This document shows positions 12,530 through 26,032 of a DNA stretch of 64,000 nucleotides, in pieces. The notes beneath the pieces were generated by a model. It had not been told where the DNA came from. It did not search any database and saw nothing but the letters and a program-made list of their open reading frames with translations. Every line of letters begins with the position of its first letter. The first letter of the stretch is position 1. The position numbers were made by a program, and so were the translations under genes. Source of the stretch: Eledone cirrhosa (taxonomy: Eukaryota); NCBI GenBank assembly GCA_964016885.1, contig OZ024743.1, forward strand, positions 101,866,001-101,930,000, read 5' to 3'.

Positions 12530-13880
12530 AAACACAGGTAAGCATTAAGAGAAGGACTTTATCCAGGTATTTACGACATTGGTAAGTGCACCCTTATGTT
12601 GCTATATTGCAAATTGCAGCCACTCAATTATAATTGTTGTTCACGTCCAAATTTTCAAAATAGTGAGTAAGTTACTCTTGAAATAATTCTTAATATATAG
12701 AGAAAAACAGTTTTTTGGAATTGTATTTACTAGTATAGAGAGAGAGGAAGAGAAATTAGAAAGTGAGGGAGCAAGCGGAATAGTATAGAGAGAGAGAAAG
12801 GGGGAGAATAGTTAGGAAGTAGAGTGACAAACTGAGATGGAGGGAGGGGTAGAGGTGGAAGGATTCCTTGATCAGTTTTGATACGTAGACTGCATATCGT
12901 CGAGTGTAGTGAGTTAAAGAGAATTAAATTGATCATAGTGGGAGGGATGGAGAGAGAGAGAGAAAGAAAGAGAGAGAGAGAGGGGGGATATAAAGAGATA
13001 AATATATATATAAAAAATAAAGATAAAAATATTAATGATAAAAATAAAATAAAGAAGGGGGTGAAAGAAGAAAAGAAAAGATAGCCAAAAAGGGGAGGGA
13101 AGAAAGGAAGAAAACGAAGAAATAGGAGAGGAATGAAGGAGAAGGGAGGGATATAGGTATTGGTTTTTGTGGGTAATTAAAGGGTTTAGATACAATAAGA
13201 GGGTATAAAGTCTAAGTATATGCAGTTTGTCAGTTGGTAGTAAGAGGTTAAGGGTTCGATTTGCACGTTTAGTGCGAAAACTTTTCTTTGAGTCTATGGT
13301 TTCAATAAATTGATCTTTCGATTTTATTGTTGAGTAACTTATTCTTCGAACTCAAAATGTGGAACAGCTCAAGGTCACATAATCGACAACTTCTCATACC
13401 ACTCCGATATGGGGGCGCGTTCGATAATTTTTTCCACTTCAAGGTGTATTGATGGTTACCTTCCCTCAGTTGCCAGGTCTTGTTTGCAAGGGTAGTTACA
13501 TAACGATACTGGGAATGTTTCATTGCGTAACGGTGTGTATACCAACGGGCTTTAAATGTATTCCCAGTCGCTCCGATGTAATACCATTTCTGGTTGTCTG
13601 ATTCCACTGTGCATTGGTAAACCAGGTTAGACTGCATACATTCATTATGTAATGGACAGGTTTCAGGTAGGTGGCAGTTACAATTCTTGTCATAGGCAAC
13701 TTTTGCATTATTGGTGGGCTGCGATGCCTGTACAAATGTGTTACGTTTTGTTTGGCTATTAGTGGGTGGTTGTGTATTAGATATTCTGTTGTGTTCAATG
13801 GCGATTGCACTGTTGAAACCGTCCATGAAACTGGCTTTCTTAACCACGAACTGGAACACAATAAGCAATTTTCTGCTTCC
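12530..13880 (-). pseudogene. Naiad-type Penelope-like element, 3' fragment (GIY-YIG EN plus 3' non-coding region)
   Basis: ORF 13302-13868: CNCHLPETCPLHNECMQSNLVYQC...YYIGATGNTFKARW...CRLCDLELFHIL...LNNKIE. Reading continues past TGA 13302-13304 to NHRLKEKFSH* (13269). Confidence 0.9.
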
Positions 13881-15761
13881 CTAACTATATATATATACTC
13901 GATCTCATGTACAAGTACACCCTTGTACGACCCTAATTGTTGTATTTATTTTTTTTCTTTATTTTATTTTATTCTTTCCCTACGATTTCTGATATTTTCA
14001 TTCAAAGTAACGTTTTATATCTTGGTTCCTAAAGTACGACCGTGAACCCCAGAGGGGCACACTTGCCACCAGGCAAGCCGATGACCTGGCCAGTCTGCCA
14101 CCGATGATAGGTCGTTAAAGGAGAAAAAAATATCTGATTTTAAATGTTTGATGTTCAAACCTCTGTTAATATTTTTATGATGAAACAATTCAACATATAA
14201 GAATGGTGTTTAAAATATAATGGTCTTCCAATATTGATTTAACGTACACCACTTTCAGTTATGATGGACACTGTTTTTGAATATCTTCTCCCTTTTATAT
14301 TGCGTACTAACACCCTTTATTCGTACGTCGATGAAACTCAATTATCTTTCCTAGACTGAAAAAACAAAACGATTATACGAATCTAGGCTGACTTGTTTTA
14401 TACGTACCTCCATAATATAAAAAAAAAAAACAACTACGAAGTTATAATGTATATTCTGAGAAAATCTATTCGACCGATCAGGTCCTCTCCAATTTGAATA
14501 TCTGAGTTCAGCATTGCATGTCAACGAAACAAGTTTCAGATAAACAGCGCTGCCCTTTCATAAAGTGGTGATTTGCTCTTATAACGCTCTACTGATTTTC
14601 AGCAAAGTTCATTGAGCCGCTCCAGAAATAAGTAACCTGTCCACTGAAACAACAAAGTGTAATGGAGAATATAGAGCCATAGACCCTCACTGTTGGTAAT
14701 TTCTTATCTCATCTGCAATTTAGATGATTTTATTATACCACTTCTGAAATAACTCATCTTGATAACGCGTGAAAATTATAAAATTTTGTGCCTGTGATGT
14801 CTATTTTCCCATTCTATATGTATGTTTCCTTGTTCATTTGTAGAATGTTGAAGATACATTGTCTTTAGTTTGGCCCTACCAGGCAGTTCACCGGTCTACA
14901 TCTAATTTAAAAGATAAGAGAAGACATAGTGTAATTAACATAATATAAGACTTACAACCAAGGAAAGTATATAATGTAAGAGAAGTATTTTGTGTTTTAA
15001 TGACAGGTAAAAAGAAAATGCAAGTTTTTAGAGCAGATAGACTTTTGTTTTAATTGTAATCATTAGAAGATTCAGAATAATTAACTTAAGAGTAGTTAAT
15101 TTTCCTGTATCCACTTCTTCAGAATATTCTACTTTGATCTCACTAAAAGCAGTGATGAAATGCTGCTATACAAACATTTCAAACAAAATTCACAAAGGAA
15201 AAACATTTCTTCGGTTTGTTTAATGACGTTAGTTTAATGTAATTTATCACATATTCACATATAATTAGTGTGCTTACTTTAGAACTAAAAAACTATATTG
15301 CAATAATATATTTAATAACAGAGAAGACAGGAACACATCTGCTTTTCTCTGTTTATCGTATTCTTCAGCATTGTAATTAACAGCTCATTTTCATTACATC
15401 CAAATTTATCTGAAATTTATCTGAAACAAAGAGACAGCGCTGTCCAATGATAGATAAGGTGTCAGTCTTTTGGCTGAAAAGACGCGAGTTCATAGAAGCA
15501 AAGCAAGCAGTTGAAAATATGTAAGCTTGTTTATACAAGAAAATGTACGTTTACATATTTTTACTATAATGTATATAAAACACACGTAAGGACGAGGAAT
15601 TGCTGTTGTTGACGAGGATTTAGTGTTGATGAATAAACGGGTGTTTTTTTTTCATTATTAACACTAATTTTCAGAGCATTAAAATGTATTATCTAAAAAA
15701 TAATGGTCTCGAATTTAGGCAAATTTTGTTGAGAGGGGAAAATTGATTAAATCGACCCCAC

Positions 15762-16244
15762 TAGTGAGTTAGTCGGCCGGGCGTACCAAAAACGATAAAC
15801 GGAAAAGAATGAAACGAAATTTCATTTCTCACTCTTAGTACGGCTGATACTTAAATATAAGTATGTATACGTACATACATATATGTATACAGACTTAGGT
15901 ACGGCCGACTAATTCACTCGATATACAAATTAGGCTGCTCAGCCGTTAATATGCATAAGGAAAGTATATACTTTCAAACGTTCAATCATCTGACAGGAAG
16001 GTATACAATGCTGACGATAGCTAATAAGCTTGAAACTAGTTCATCGTTCCTTTGTCAGTGTTGACAAAAGGGCAACGATGGTTGCCGAACACCGTACGGC
16101 GTAATTTGGGCTGCTTGTTTACAAACAAACCGAACATTATAATAAATGTTCGGTAAAACCCATACGTACATATATATATGTGTGCATGTATGTATATACA
16201 TACTACTGTACGTCTGTATACATTTATGTATGTACGTATACATA

Positions 16245-16249
<5 letters not shown>
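15762..16249 (+). mobile_element. Retrozyme-like family A copy with 5' inverted segment
   Basis: 15762-15895 is inverted family-A sequence, then a plus-strand monomer with HHR 16005-16047 (CUGACGA-agct/agct-GAAA-ctag-UU). Ends in (TA)n. Confidence 0.85.
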
Positions 16250-16324
<75 letters not shown>

Positions 16325-16339
16325 TATATATATTATATA

Positions 16340-16640
16340 TTTATATAATCAATACGGCACAATTATTTCACCTCAATTGGCCCTGCATTCTTAAACATTA
16401 CACCAACACACATCAAAGCAGAGACAGACCCCATCAAGTTCAAGAAGTCTTTGGATAAATTTCTTCAAGAAATCCCGGATAAGCCTCCTACACCCGGATA
16501 TACCTCCGTAAACAATAAGTCTCTGCTCGAGTTGCCCATGGTGCCAAAACACTTATTTGTAAGACTTCGCCATGTGATACTATTAAGTTAGACATGGCCT
16601 GGGCCAATACTGGCCGAAACCTATCAAAGTTATCAAAGTT
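16340..16640 (+). mobile_element. 3' end of a CR1/L2-group LINE
   Basis: Translates ...[31 protein letters not shown], followed by a short 3'UTR with a stem-loop and an (ATCAAAGTT)2 tail. Confidence 0.65.
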
Positions 16641-16644
16641 ATAT

Positions 16645-16689
<45 letters not shown>

Positions 16690-16696
<7 letters not shown>

Positions 16697-17487
16697 GTAT
16701 ATCTACCAACATATTTATACAGATGTATACTTACACTAGCAAAGATAAAGGTTTTGTCTTAGTAACTTTGTGGTTCAATACAAAGAGATAAAGAACAATT
16801 ATATAAAAGACGTAAAATAAGAAAATGATAGCAATTAACTCACTTACATAAATTTCACTCCAACTAATTAGTTTCTGAAAGGGGATATACATAGTCCCCA
16901 AATGGAGACCATGGAGAATGCTTTCTTCATCAGGGAGTCATTCTCGGCTAAGATCCCTTGCGATTCGCAGACACAGAGATCAAATACAAAAATAATTCAG
17001 TGGATGGAAAAAAGCTAGCGTGGTCTAAATCCCAAGACATTGAAAACTTCACTGCCTTCCGGGTCAGTGGCAAATTCAAAAGAATCAATCACGTAACATC
17101 GAGGTTAATCAGTGAGGAGTGAGTGTTAAAAAGACAGTAGCCAAGTTTAATACTATGAACCATAGTAGTAATTTAGGCAAATTTTTGCTCAACAAAATAA
17201 TTTGGAGATAATTATAAAGAATTAGTATATCTACCAACATATTTATAGAGATGTATACTTACGCTAGCAAAGATATAGGTTTTGTCTTAGTAACTTTGTG
17301 GTTCAATACAAAGAGATGCATAATAATTATATAAAAGACGTAAAATAAGAAAATTATAGTAATCAACTCACTTACTTAAATTTCACTCCAACTAATTAGT
17401 TTCTGAAAGGGGATACACATAGTCTCCAAATGGAGACCATGGAGAATCCTTTCTTCATCAGGGAGTCATTCTCGGCTAAGATTCCTG
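16690..17487 (-). mobile_element. Retrozyme-like HHR element family B (1.5 tandem monomers, period 528)
   Basis: 16690-16960 is repeated at 17220-17487. Each repeat carries a minus-strand HHR actcc-CUGAUGA-long stem II-GAAA-ctaattag-UU-ggagt (16857-16938; 17385-17466). Confidence 0.85.
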
Positions 17488-17490
17488 GCT

Positions 17491-17824
17491 AATGATATTA
17501 AATAAATGGAAACTATTTATTAAACCATATTTATTCTATTATATATATTTCAAGGGTACCAACATTTTGGTACGCTATCATCAAATAAAATACGAAGTGT
17601 GTTTTATAAATTTTGACATAACAAAGGAGAATATACCTTATCGGTTCACGTTTTCCTTGGAAAACTTGAACTGTTAAGGTATATTCTCTTTGGTTATGTC
17701 AAAATTGATAAAACATTTTGTATTTTATGTGATGATAGCGTACGAAAATTTTGGTACTCTTGAAATATATATAATAGAATAAATATGGTTTTAAAAATAC
17801 AGTTTCCAGTTATTTAATATCATT
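17491..17824. repeat. ~335 bp AT-rich foldback palindrome (MITE-like)
   Basis: aatgatattaaataa ... ttatttaatatcatt termini; internal arms match (gtacgctatcatca/tgatgatagcgtac); centre ttttccttggaaaa ~17657. Confidence 0.85.
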
Positions 17825-17829
17825 GTATA

Positions 17830-17916
17830 TTATACTCCAGAAAAATTGTCGAGTGCTCTGAATCATTATAAACATTTATATTTGTTGAATTACTAACAAA
17901 TTAAATATCCCTTCTG

Positions 17917-17996
<80 letters not shown>

Positions 17997-18027
17997 TCCT
18001 ATATATATATATAAATATCCTAAATAT

Positions 18028-18096
<69 letters not shown>

Positions 18097-21000
18097 CAAA
18101 ATATTAATAAATGAAGACGTTCACATAATCAAAATTTATGTTTTATTATATATATTACGGAGGTACTGTGCTGTTTTTTCAGTACGTCCTCGTCAGGTAA
18201 AATACATGAATTGATGTATGACATACATCAAACTGTCTTGATGGTTCAATTTCAATATCGGCAGTGATTTATTACAACAAATCTCTATATTTATATACCA
18301 CAAATAATAACATGATAAACTTAAATATGATGAAGAAGAGGATGTGGAGCGAGATATAAGTATAAGGAGGGGGTGAGTATGAGAAAATGCAAGAATAAAT
18401 AAATAAACAAATACATACATAAATATTTAAATGCGTAAATATCCGTGTTAGGGAAGAAAAAGAAAGAGTGAGAGATAGATAGAATAGAAGAAAGAAGAAG
18501 AGAGAAGAAAGAAGAGAATTGAGATGGAGAGAGAGAGAGATAGAAGAGAGAAGAGGAAAGACGTAACTGGAAAAATGAAAGAAAGAAAGAAACAAGGAAG
18601 AAAGAGACATGATACCGGACCGTTGTTTTCAAATATTAAGTCAAATAGAAGCGTCCAATTAAATACCATGACATTTTTTTAATATCTTTAAGCTAATTAT
18701 ACTAATATATTATATCAAAATTAAACAATATAAAAATATTTTCTATAATAATCAGAAGCATAGTTTAATTAATATATTATATTAAATATTTTGTTACAAA
18801 ATTCAAAAACATTTTTATCTATAAAGCAAGTTTACATACATATTAAACATGTATAACGATATTTACCACAACTTATGCGCATATCACCATCAGTTTATGC
18901 ATTTTATATAATGTTTAGAATTATTATCTGAATTATTCTTTTTTTTTCATTATAAAAACAGTTCAATTCATTAGTTGTCATATACTTACAGGATTAATAA
19001 GTACTTATATTTCCTCTTAAAAGTATTATTATTTCGATTTTACCTACATCTTAATATATGTAGTTTCCCTTTAAGGATTTTTCGTATATTATTAAACTGT
19101 ATAAATCATGTTAAATATACATTATTAATCCAATATTATAGAACGAAAATTATTAACGGAGAATAATCCGTACAACTTATGTGATCATTTATATTATCTA
19201 AGTGCTTTGAAAGCCAAAAGATATTTCAAACCGCAAATTCAGAAATTTCTAGTTATACAATGACCATTCTAAATCCGAACTTAGGATACTGAGTCACATC
19301 ATGAGATTAATTTACTATATAAAAACGATATACAATTTTTAAGGTAAGGCAAAACATTATATTTCAAGAATTATTAATAATAGTCAATACTTTTTTTCTT
19401 CTTAGTCAGTATTTTTTTCTAAATTTGTATAATGCTTGAAATGTCTTTCCAGATTTATGTTCCAAATAATTCATTTTTTTTATTAATTAAATTACCATAA
19501 TTAGTAATTATTAATAGAGTTTCTAAATTGCAAAGATTGTAGTTTGGTTAAATGGAAGCGTTCCGATAGGAATCAGAAATGTTAAGTTTAATCCAAGAAA
19601 TTGAGTATTTAATATTTTTCTCTTTTAAAGACCGTATTAATTGTGATAATGAAGAACATTTTTTATCTGGATTTAAGAAAGAATGTTTATGATTGGAAAA
19701 GCGAAACTTAAAGTTCGATGAAGTGGCACCTATGGAGTTATAAGTATTATTATTAGTTGTCTTAATTGTTTCTACTGTTGGCACAAGGCCAGCAATTATC
19801 AGTACATTACTGGTACTTTATTTTATCGACCCCGTAAGGATGAAAGGCAAAGTTAACCTCGGCGGGATTTGAACTCAGAATGGCAAGGGCCGTAACTCTA
19901 TACGTCAAAGTATGGTGTCCGACCCTCTACCGATACTGCCAATTCACCCTTATTTGTCTTAATGGTACACTAAATTCTTATGAAGGCAATTATTTTGTAA
20001 AGGGCATTCGAATTTCCTTCTACAATTCCATGTTATTTCTATAACCTAAACCATTCGTATTATCATTATTATTATTTCTAGGTGTTCTACTATTATTCGT
20101 ATTTAAACTATTGTTATTGTTATTCACATTAACTAATGTGTTATTATTATTATTATTATTGTTATTATCGCTAATTATATGCTGGTTCGAATTAAGAATT
20201 TTGCAATATTTTGAGCAATATTCATAGTTGTTGAATAAGAGAGTTTAACTGTGTGTCTATTGAAGATAGAGTAATACTTATGTGATCTAGGGAAACATTT
20301 ATCCAAGGCTTTAAAAAATAAATGTGCTAAATGTGTTTTAATAACTAAAGATGCTGGTGGGCATACCAAATCATAGATCTAGTCCTAATTTTTTCCCCCG
20401 ATTTATTCCTCAAGTTGTTATTTTTACAGTCAATTTTATTTTTATTATTATTATTATTATTATGAATATTGTGTTTATAATTAATATTATTTTTTTCTAC
20501 ATATTCAATATTATTTTTATATCCTGATTTATGTAACGCTTCATTATAATATCCAGCATTACTATTAAAAATGGATCTGTTAGCAGATAGTCTGGATATT
20601 CGTTGTTGGACACTATTGACTATTGCATTTTTAACACTTTTAGGATGATTAGAGTAAAAGCTAACATAATTTAGGTTTTAATTGAGTTTATGGAAGAAGG
20701 GGTAATATAGGTCTGAATTTAAATTAAGGGTTACTTCTAAAAAGTTAACTATTTTATTGTTATTTTCTACTTCTAATTTCATGTTGTAATTTTTAAAGAA
20801 TTCTATAATTACTTTCTTTACTCTATTTAGTTCGCTATTATTATGTCTAACTACAGTAAATAATATGTCATCTCTATATAAACCACCGGTAATCTCGGGC
20901 AGTTTTCTATTTATCATATTAAGGATGAAAATTCCCACAAGAACGGTAACTTGCGCCGAATCGGACGAGCCCATAGTAATGTCGAAATTTTTCTGCCTAT

Positions 21001-22071
21001 CCGAACGAGTCTAAAAATCATTATTAAAGTCAATCAAGGTTCGCCTTGCCGTTAAAATAATATTAATCTAGTCACTAGATAGATCCGTGTGTTTATATGC
21101 ATATGAAAGCGCCTTATTTAAAAGGTTAGGAGTTATTGAGGAGTAATAACATTTGAATGAATTTATGATTTTTCTTATTTTCGATATTATTGAACCAATC
21201 TATGAATTCACTAGTGCCATCCCATAAGCTAAGCCTTGACCTCAATTTTAACGTTGGCAAAATCCTACCTATTATGATTTTACTAATTATTCCAAGGTCT
21301 GACTTCGAAGGTGCAATAAGTCTAACAGGTAAGTCCTCTTCTAAATTTATTTTATGGTCTTTAAAATTTATACGCGGTTGCCTTGGTATGAAAGTTTCGG
21401 TCTTCCATTCTATTCCGAGATTCGTGATAATTTCAAAAGCATCATTATTGATATCCAATAGATTTTCACTCGGGTCTTTTCTGTAATTTTTTCTCAATTC
21501 TTTTAAAATTAAGTCCTTATATTTTGTTTTTTTCTATCCCACATAGGTTGTTGGTTTTGTCTGATTTCACTAATATTTTATTCACTTTTTTTATGTCATT
21601 AATTTTTTCTCAAAGACCGCTAAGGTATTCTTGGCCTTTATATGGGTTTTTCTTAAATTTTATATTCCTTAATATATTAAACATTTCGTTTTCGAAATTT
21701 TCCAAGAGTTTGTTGTACGGAGGATTTTTTCTAGATTAAAAAATATCCTCAAAATTATGGTTGGTGATTTTCCTATTTGTTTCTTTACTCTTTTCAAAAT
21801 GAAAAGCACGCCACCACACTCTTCTTATGAAGGAGTTGGTTTGTCCAATACGATTTCTCATGTAGACTTCTTTAGATGATAAAGGTATATCTTTGAGAGA
21901 TGTAGAAAACCTAAAGAATTCCATCATTTATTAATTAATAATCTGTTGCAGAAGAAGCGCTCTACCTTCTGGGAGCTAAATATGACCAAAGATTAATATG
22001 GTTCATTGATCACTCAATGAATATAGTTTTACAATATATTAAAAGCACTCTACAGTAAGGTTTTCTGGAGT

Positions 22072-22078
<7 letters not shown>
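17830..22078 (-). mobile_element. Near full-length decayed Naiad-type Penelope-like element (RT plus GIY-YIG)
   Basis: Broken ORF 21927 to ~19400: N-term SLKDIP...FIRRVWWRAF, FKDHK...VRLIAPSKSDLG, MGSSDSAQV...GLYRDD, VNFLEVTLNL, FPRSHKYYSIFNRHTVKLSYS, WNCRRKFECPLQNNC..LVY, SIGATSSNFKFRFSNH. Decayed HHR 18141-18202(-). Degenerate inverted ends 17830-17890 and 22010-22078. Confidence 0.85.
19766..19952 (-). mobile_element. tRNA-derived SINE inserted into the Naiad endonuclease region
   Basis: Full SINE body. TSD ttgtcttaat at 19756-19765 and 19953-19962. Splits the GIY-YIG coding region. Confidence 0.9.
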
Positions 22079-22149
<71 letters not shown>

Positions 22150-22154
22150 TTATA

Positions 22155-22228
<74 letters not shown>

Positions 22229-22249
22229 TTAAAACAATGAAATAAAAAA

Positions 22250-23156
22250 TCAAGTCATAAGAGATATACTTCACTGCTTTACGATCGTTTCTAGGTGATG
22301 ATAATACATTGTAGCTATACTCCGTTATTGATCTATGTAAGGTTAGTTACAAAATATCAGATAAAGAGAATATGTACTTACATGCATATCACCAGCTGTT
22401 TTCAAAAGCAATAATAATTTTATTCAGAATTAGTAGTATGTTAGCATCATGTCCTTATTTGGAGGTGGTTGAAGAACTAACCAATCGAATTGTTTTTTTC
22501 ATATGGTGTTAAGATGAAAAGTAATGCAGTTTAGTTGAGGTCATAGCTCTTTGAAAGGTATAGTTGAATGGTGTTAATAGTAGAATTGGCATAAAAATCT
22601 ATTAGGAGGAAAGGGATTGTCAAACTGATAGTTGAATGTATCTAGTATAGTGAAGTTTAAAAGGAATGTAAAAATAAAATTAATGTAAAAATAAATGGTG
22701 ATTAGTGTTGTATTGAGTTTGTAGGTGAATATAAATTAAGGTTATGGCTAGGAAAGATAGTATATTAAAAGATGAAAATTATAATAAGATAATGAAATAC
22801 AGTAATGCGATAATATACAACATAACCAACTCAATATAGTACGGTGTGGTAAATTGCACTTAGTACAATACAGCTTATGATACGCTCTAAAATACTATCA
22901 AGTATGTTTATGTATAAATAATCAAACTCAGATAAATACATGTTGGCATAGTTAAAACACATAAATTTCATAGATTACAAAGTGCATATATCCACACTAT
23001 ATATAGAGAGGTAGAGTTATATTGATATCCAACCAAAAATATACATACGCACAAATAGATGCAAACCTAAATACACATTTACACATGTGCACATAATCAT
23101 ATACACACATATCCATACATATCTATATCAACACATACACACCTATACCCACATAT

Positions 23157-23233
<77 letters not shown>

Positions 23234-23941
23234 CACACACATATGTATATGTGTGTATGTACACACCTCATACATGTACACACACTCATATATATAAACA
23301 CTCATACACATATACCCACATATACACACACACAAACACACATACATATATAAACACATACACACACACATAAATATATTTCCATATCATACATAAATAT
23401 ATATTTTTACTCATGCAATTACGGGAGGTTGTGTACCTTGTTGCCTTTAGTCATTAACGCATAAACCTAAGGAAGCTAAAACATTAAAGGTAAAAATGAA
23501 TGTATATAACTAAGGGAAAAGGGTACTAATAAATGTTACTCTATATAGAATTATAGTGAGTTGCTATTTAGAATATTTAATTAGGTTTATAGTATTTAAA
23601 AGTTCTTCATTTATGGTGATTACGAACTATGATCAGTTCCTGCTTTTTATTTAATGAATCGTCCTTAGATTTAGTAATTTCCAAGATCTCCCCTGAACAT
23701 AATCTGCATTCCCTCCTGTTCCCAAGATATGGAGTTCTTTGTAGAATGGTGCTCCACGATAACTTGAAATCTATTTTTTTCTTTTTATGTTTTCCGGGAT
23801 TTATCTTAACCTACAACATTTTCAACATATGGATTACATCGAGTTCTTCTGCATGAAGAACTCGATGTAATGAAATATGTTGAAACTGTTGTAGATTAAG
23901 ATAAATCCCGGAAAACATAAAAAGAAAAAAATAGATTTCAA

Positions 23942-23943
<2 letters not shown>
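22250..23943 (-). mobile_element. 5'-truncated Naiad-type PLE 3' fragment with terminal foldback and decayed long-stem-II HHR
   Basis: Minus translation KIDFKLSWSTILQRTPYLGNRRECRLCSGEILEI...LNKKQELIIVRNH (~23600-23790). ~88 bp inverted arms 23762-23849 and 23855-23943. HHR relic 22273-22412 (GAAA-cgatcg-UA-aagca). Confidence 0.7.
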
Positions 23944-24017
<74 letters not shown>

Positions 24018-24049
24018 GTATATATATATATATCTCCTATAAACACACA

Positions 24050-24101
<52 letters not shown>

Positions 24102-24177
24102 GCTATAGATACACACACATGTGTATATATATATACATATATATATATAATATATATACATATATATATATACATAT

Positions 24178-24254
<77 letters not shown>

Positions 24255-24265
24255 TATATATATAT

Positions 24266-24387
<122 letters not shown>

Positions 24388-24396
24388 TATATATAT

Positions 24397-24434
<38 letters not shown>

Positions 24435-24653
24435 CACATGTGTGTGTGTCTATAGGATATATATATATATATACAGGACCCCGATAGCTGAGTTGTCGAA
24501 ATGGCCGGAGTATCGTCTTCCTGTTTTCCTTCGGTTGCAACGATTTTCGAAATATTTTCTTCTGCGTTCCCAGATTTATGTTTTTAGTTTCAGAAGATCC
24601 CGTTAAGGGTGAAAGCAATGATTATTTGCTTAAACTTTAATCTGTTATTTTAA

Positions 24654-25292
24654 TCTATATATGTATATATATAAACCTGAGGAAGGATGTATGTATGTGT
24701 GTATGTGTGTATGTGTGTGTGTGAAGTACCTAACCGATCTTTTTCAAACTTTACATGTGTATTACTTATATTTCATGGAGTGTTATGCACATAAAAAATT
24801 CACACTTTTTGATCCCCTAGGGCTCGCATTAGGCGAAAAACTGCATTTTTTCCAGCTTTTCCGGCTTTTTAGGCGTTACGTGAGACCGATTTCCTTAAAA
24901 TTGTAACTATGTATTAGTCAGTCTCTTCATACCGTGAGCAAAGAAAATCCAACTTTTTTATGGCCTAGGGCTCGCATTAGGTGAAAAACTTCAATTTTTT
25001 CAGCTTTTTAGGGCTTTTTTGAGGCGTTACGTCTAGCTGATTTTTCCCGAAATTTCAAGGCTTATTATGCACATAAAAAAGTTCATTTTCTTGATCCCCT
25101 AGGGCCCGCATTCGGTGAAAACCTGCCTTTTTCCCTGCTTCATCGAGGAAAATCTTAGATTATCCAGCCATCACAGTATTCGGTTTATTTTCTTTACATA
25201 TTGTCCAGACATGCAGTTTTTTCACGATTAGGTCTGTTGGCGGCCCGCGTTACAAAATACCTTATCCCGTGCAACGCCGGGTACCACTGCTA

Positions 25293-25293
<1 letters not shown>
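24654..25293 (+). mobile_element. Non-autonomous Helitron
   Basis: A|TC start, subterminal hairpin cccg-tgcaacgc-cggg, CTAG|T end. Three internal copies of 'cctagggctcgcattaggcgaaaa' (~24815, 24964, 25097). Confidence 0.85.
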
Positions 25294-25336
<43 letters not shown>

Positions 25337-25358
<22 letters not shown>

Positions 25359-25547
25359 GTTATTCCGGGTTGAATCGGAGGTAACCACAGTAAGTAAGGT
25401 ACTCAATACATAGCAGAGTATAAAAGTTTTAATATAGATGAGATTCTACAGGACTAGAACTGTTTCATTCTTTAGAAATCATCACATTCCTGATGATTTC
25501 TAAAGAATGAAACAGTTCTAGTCCTGTAGAATCTCATCTATATTAAA
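25337..25547. mobile_element. PLE pLTR remnant folded back at its hammerhead, in (TA)n
   Basis: Perfect 57 bp inverted arms 25428-25484 and 25491-25547. Complete plus-strand HHR 25486-25532: attc-CUGAUGA-ttc/gaa-GAAA-cag..ctg-UA-gaat. Confidence 0.8.
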
Positions 25548-25609
<62 letters not shown>

Positions 25610-25612
<3 letters not shown>

Positions 25613-25993
25613 AAAAATTGAACGGGAACAAAACAGAGAGGCAGTACGAAAAAAGGTTTATTAGTTTCACGCTCTTGAGAGTGGGGTGGTGGTGGGGAAC
25701 AACGTTTCGGGCATAAGCCCTTCTTCAAGTGAAAAGTGTGTGGGAAGAGAGTTCCAAGGGTGTGTAGGGGAGTGGTGGTGAGACATATAGAAAAAAGGGG
25801 GTGAGAGGAAACGGTACAAATGAAATTAAATATAAAAGCATAATAAAAATAAAAATAAACATGAAGTAAAACAAGTGGTGGAATGGTGTGGGGCGTGTAG
25901 GGGTGGTGGCGGGTGGAGTGGGGAGAGGGATGTAGGGTGTCCGAGCGGGGAGGGCTGAAGGTGGTGTGTGTGTGTAGGTGTACGTGTGTGTGT

Positions 25994-26032
<39 letters not shown>

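Noticed and set aside
14130-15600. Unexplained AT-rich unique-looking stretch, possibly an old transposase or exons
   Set aside because: The frames I translated by eye are broken and show no motif.
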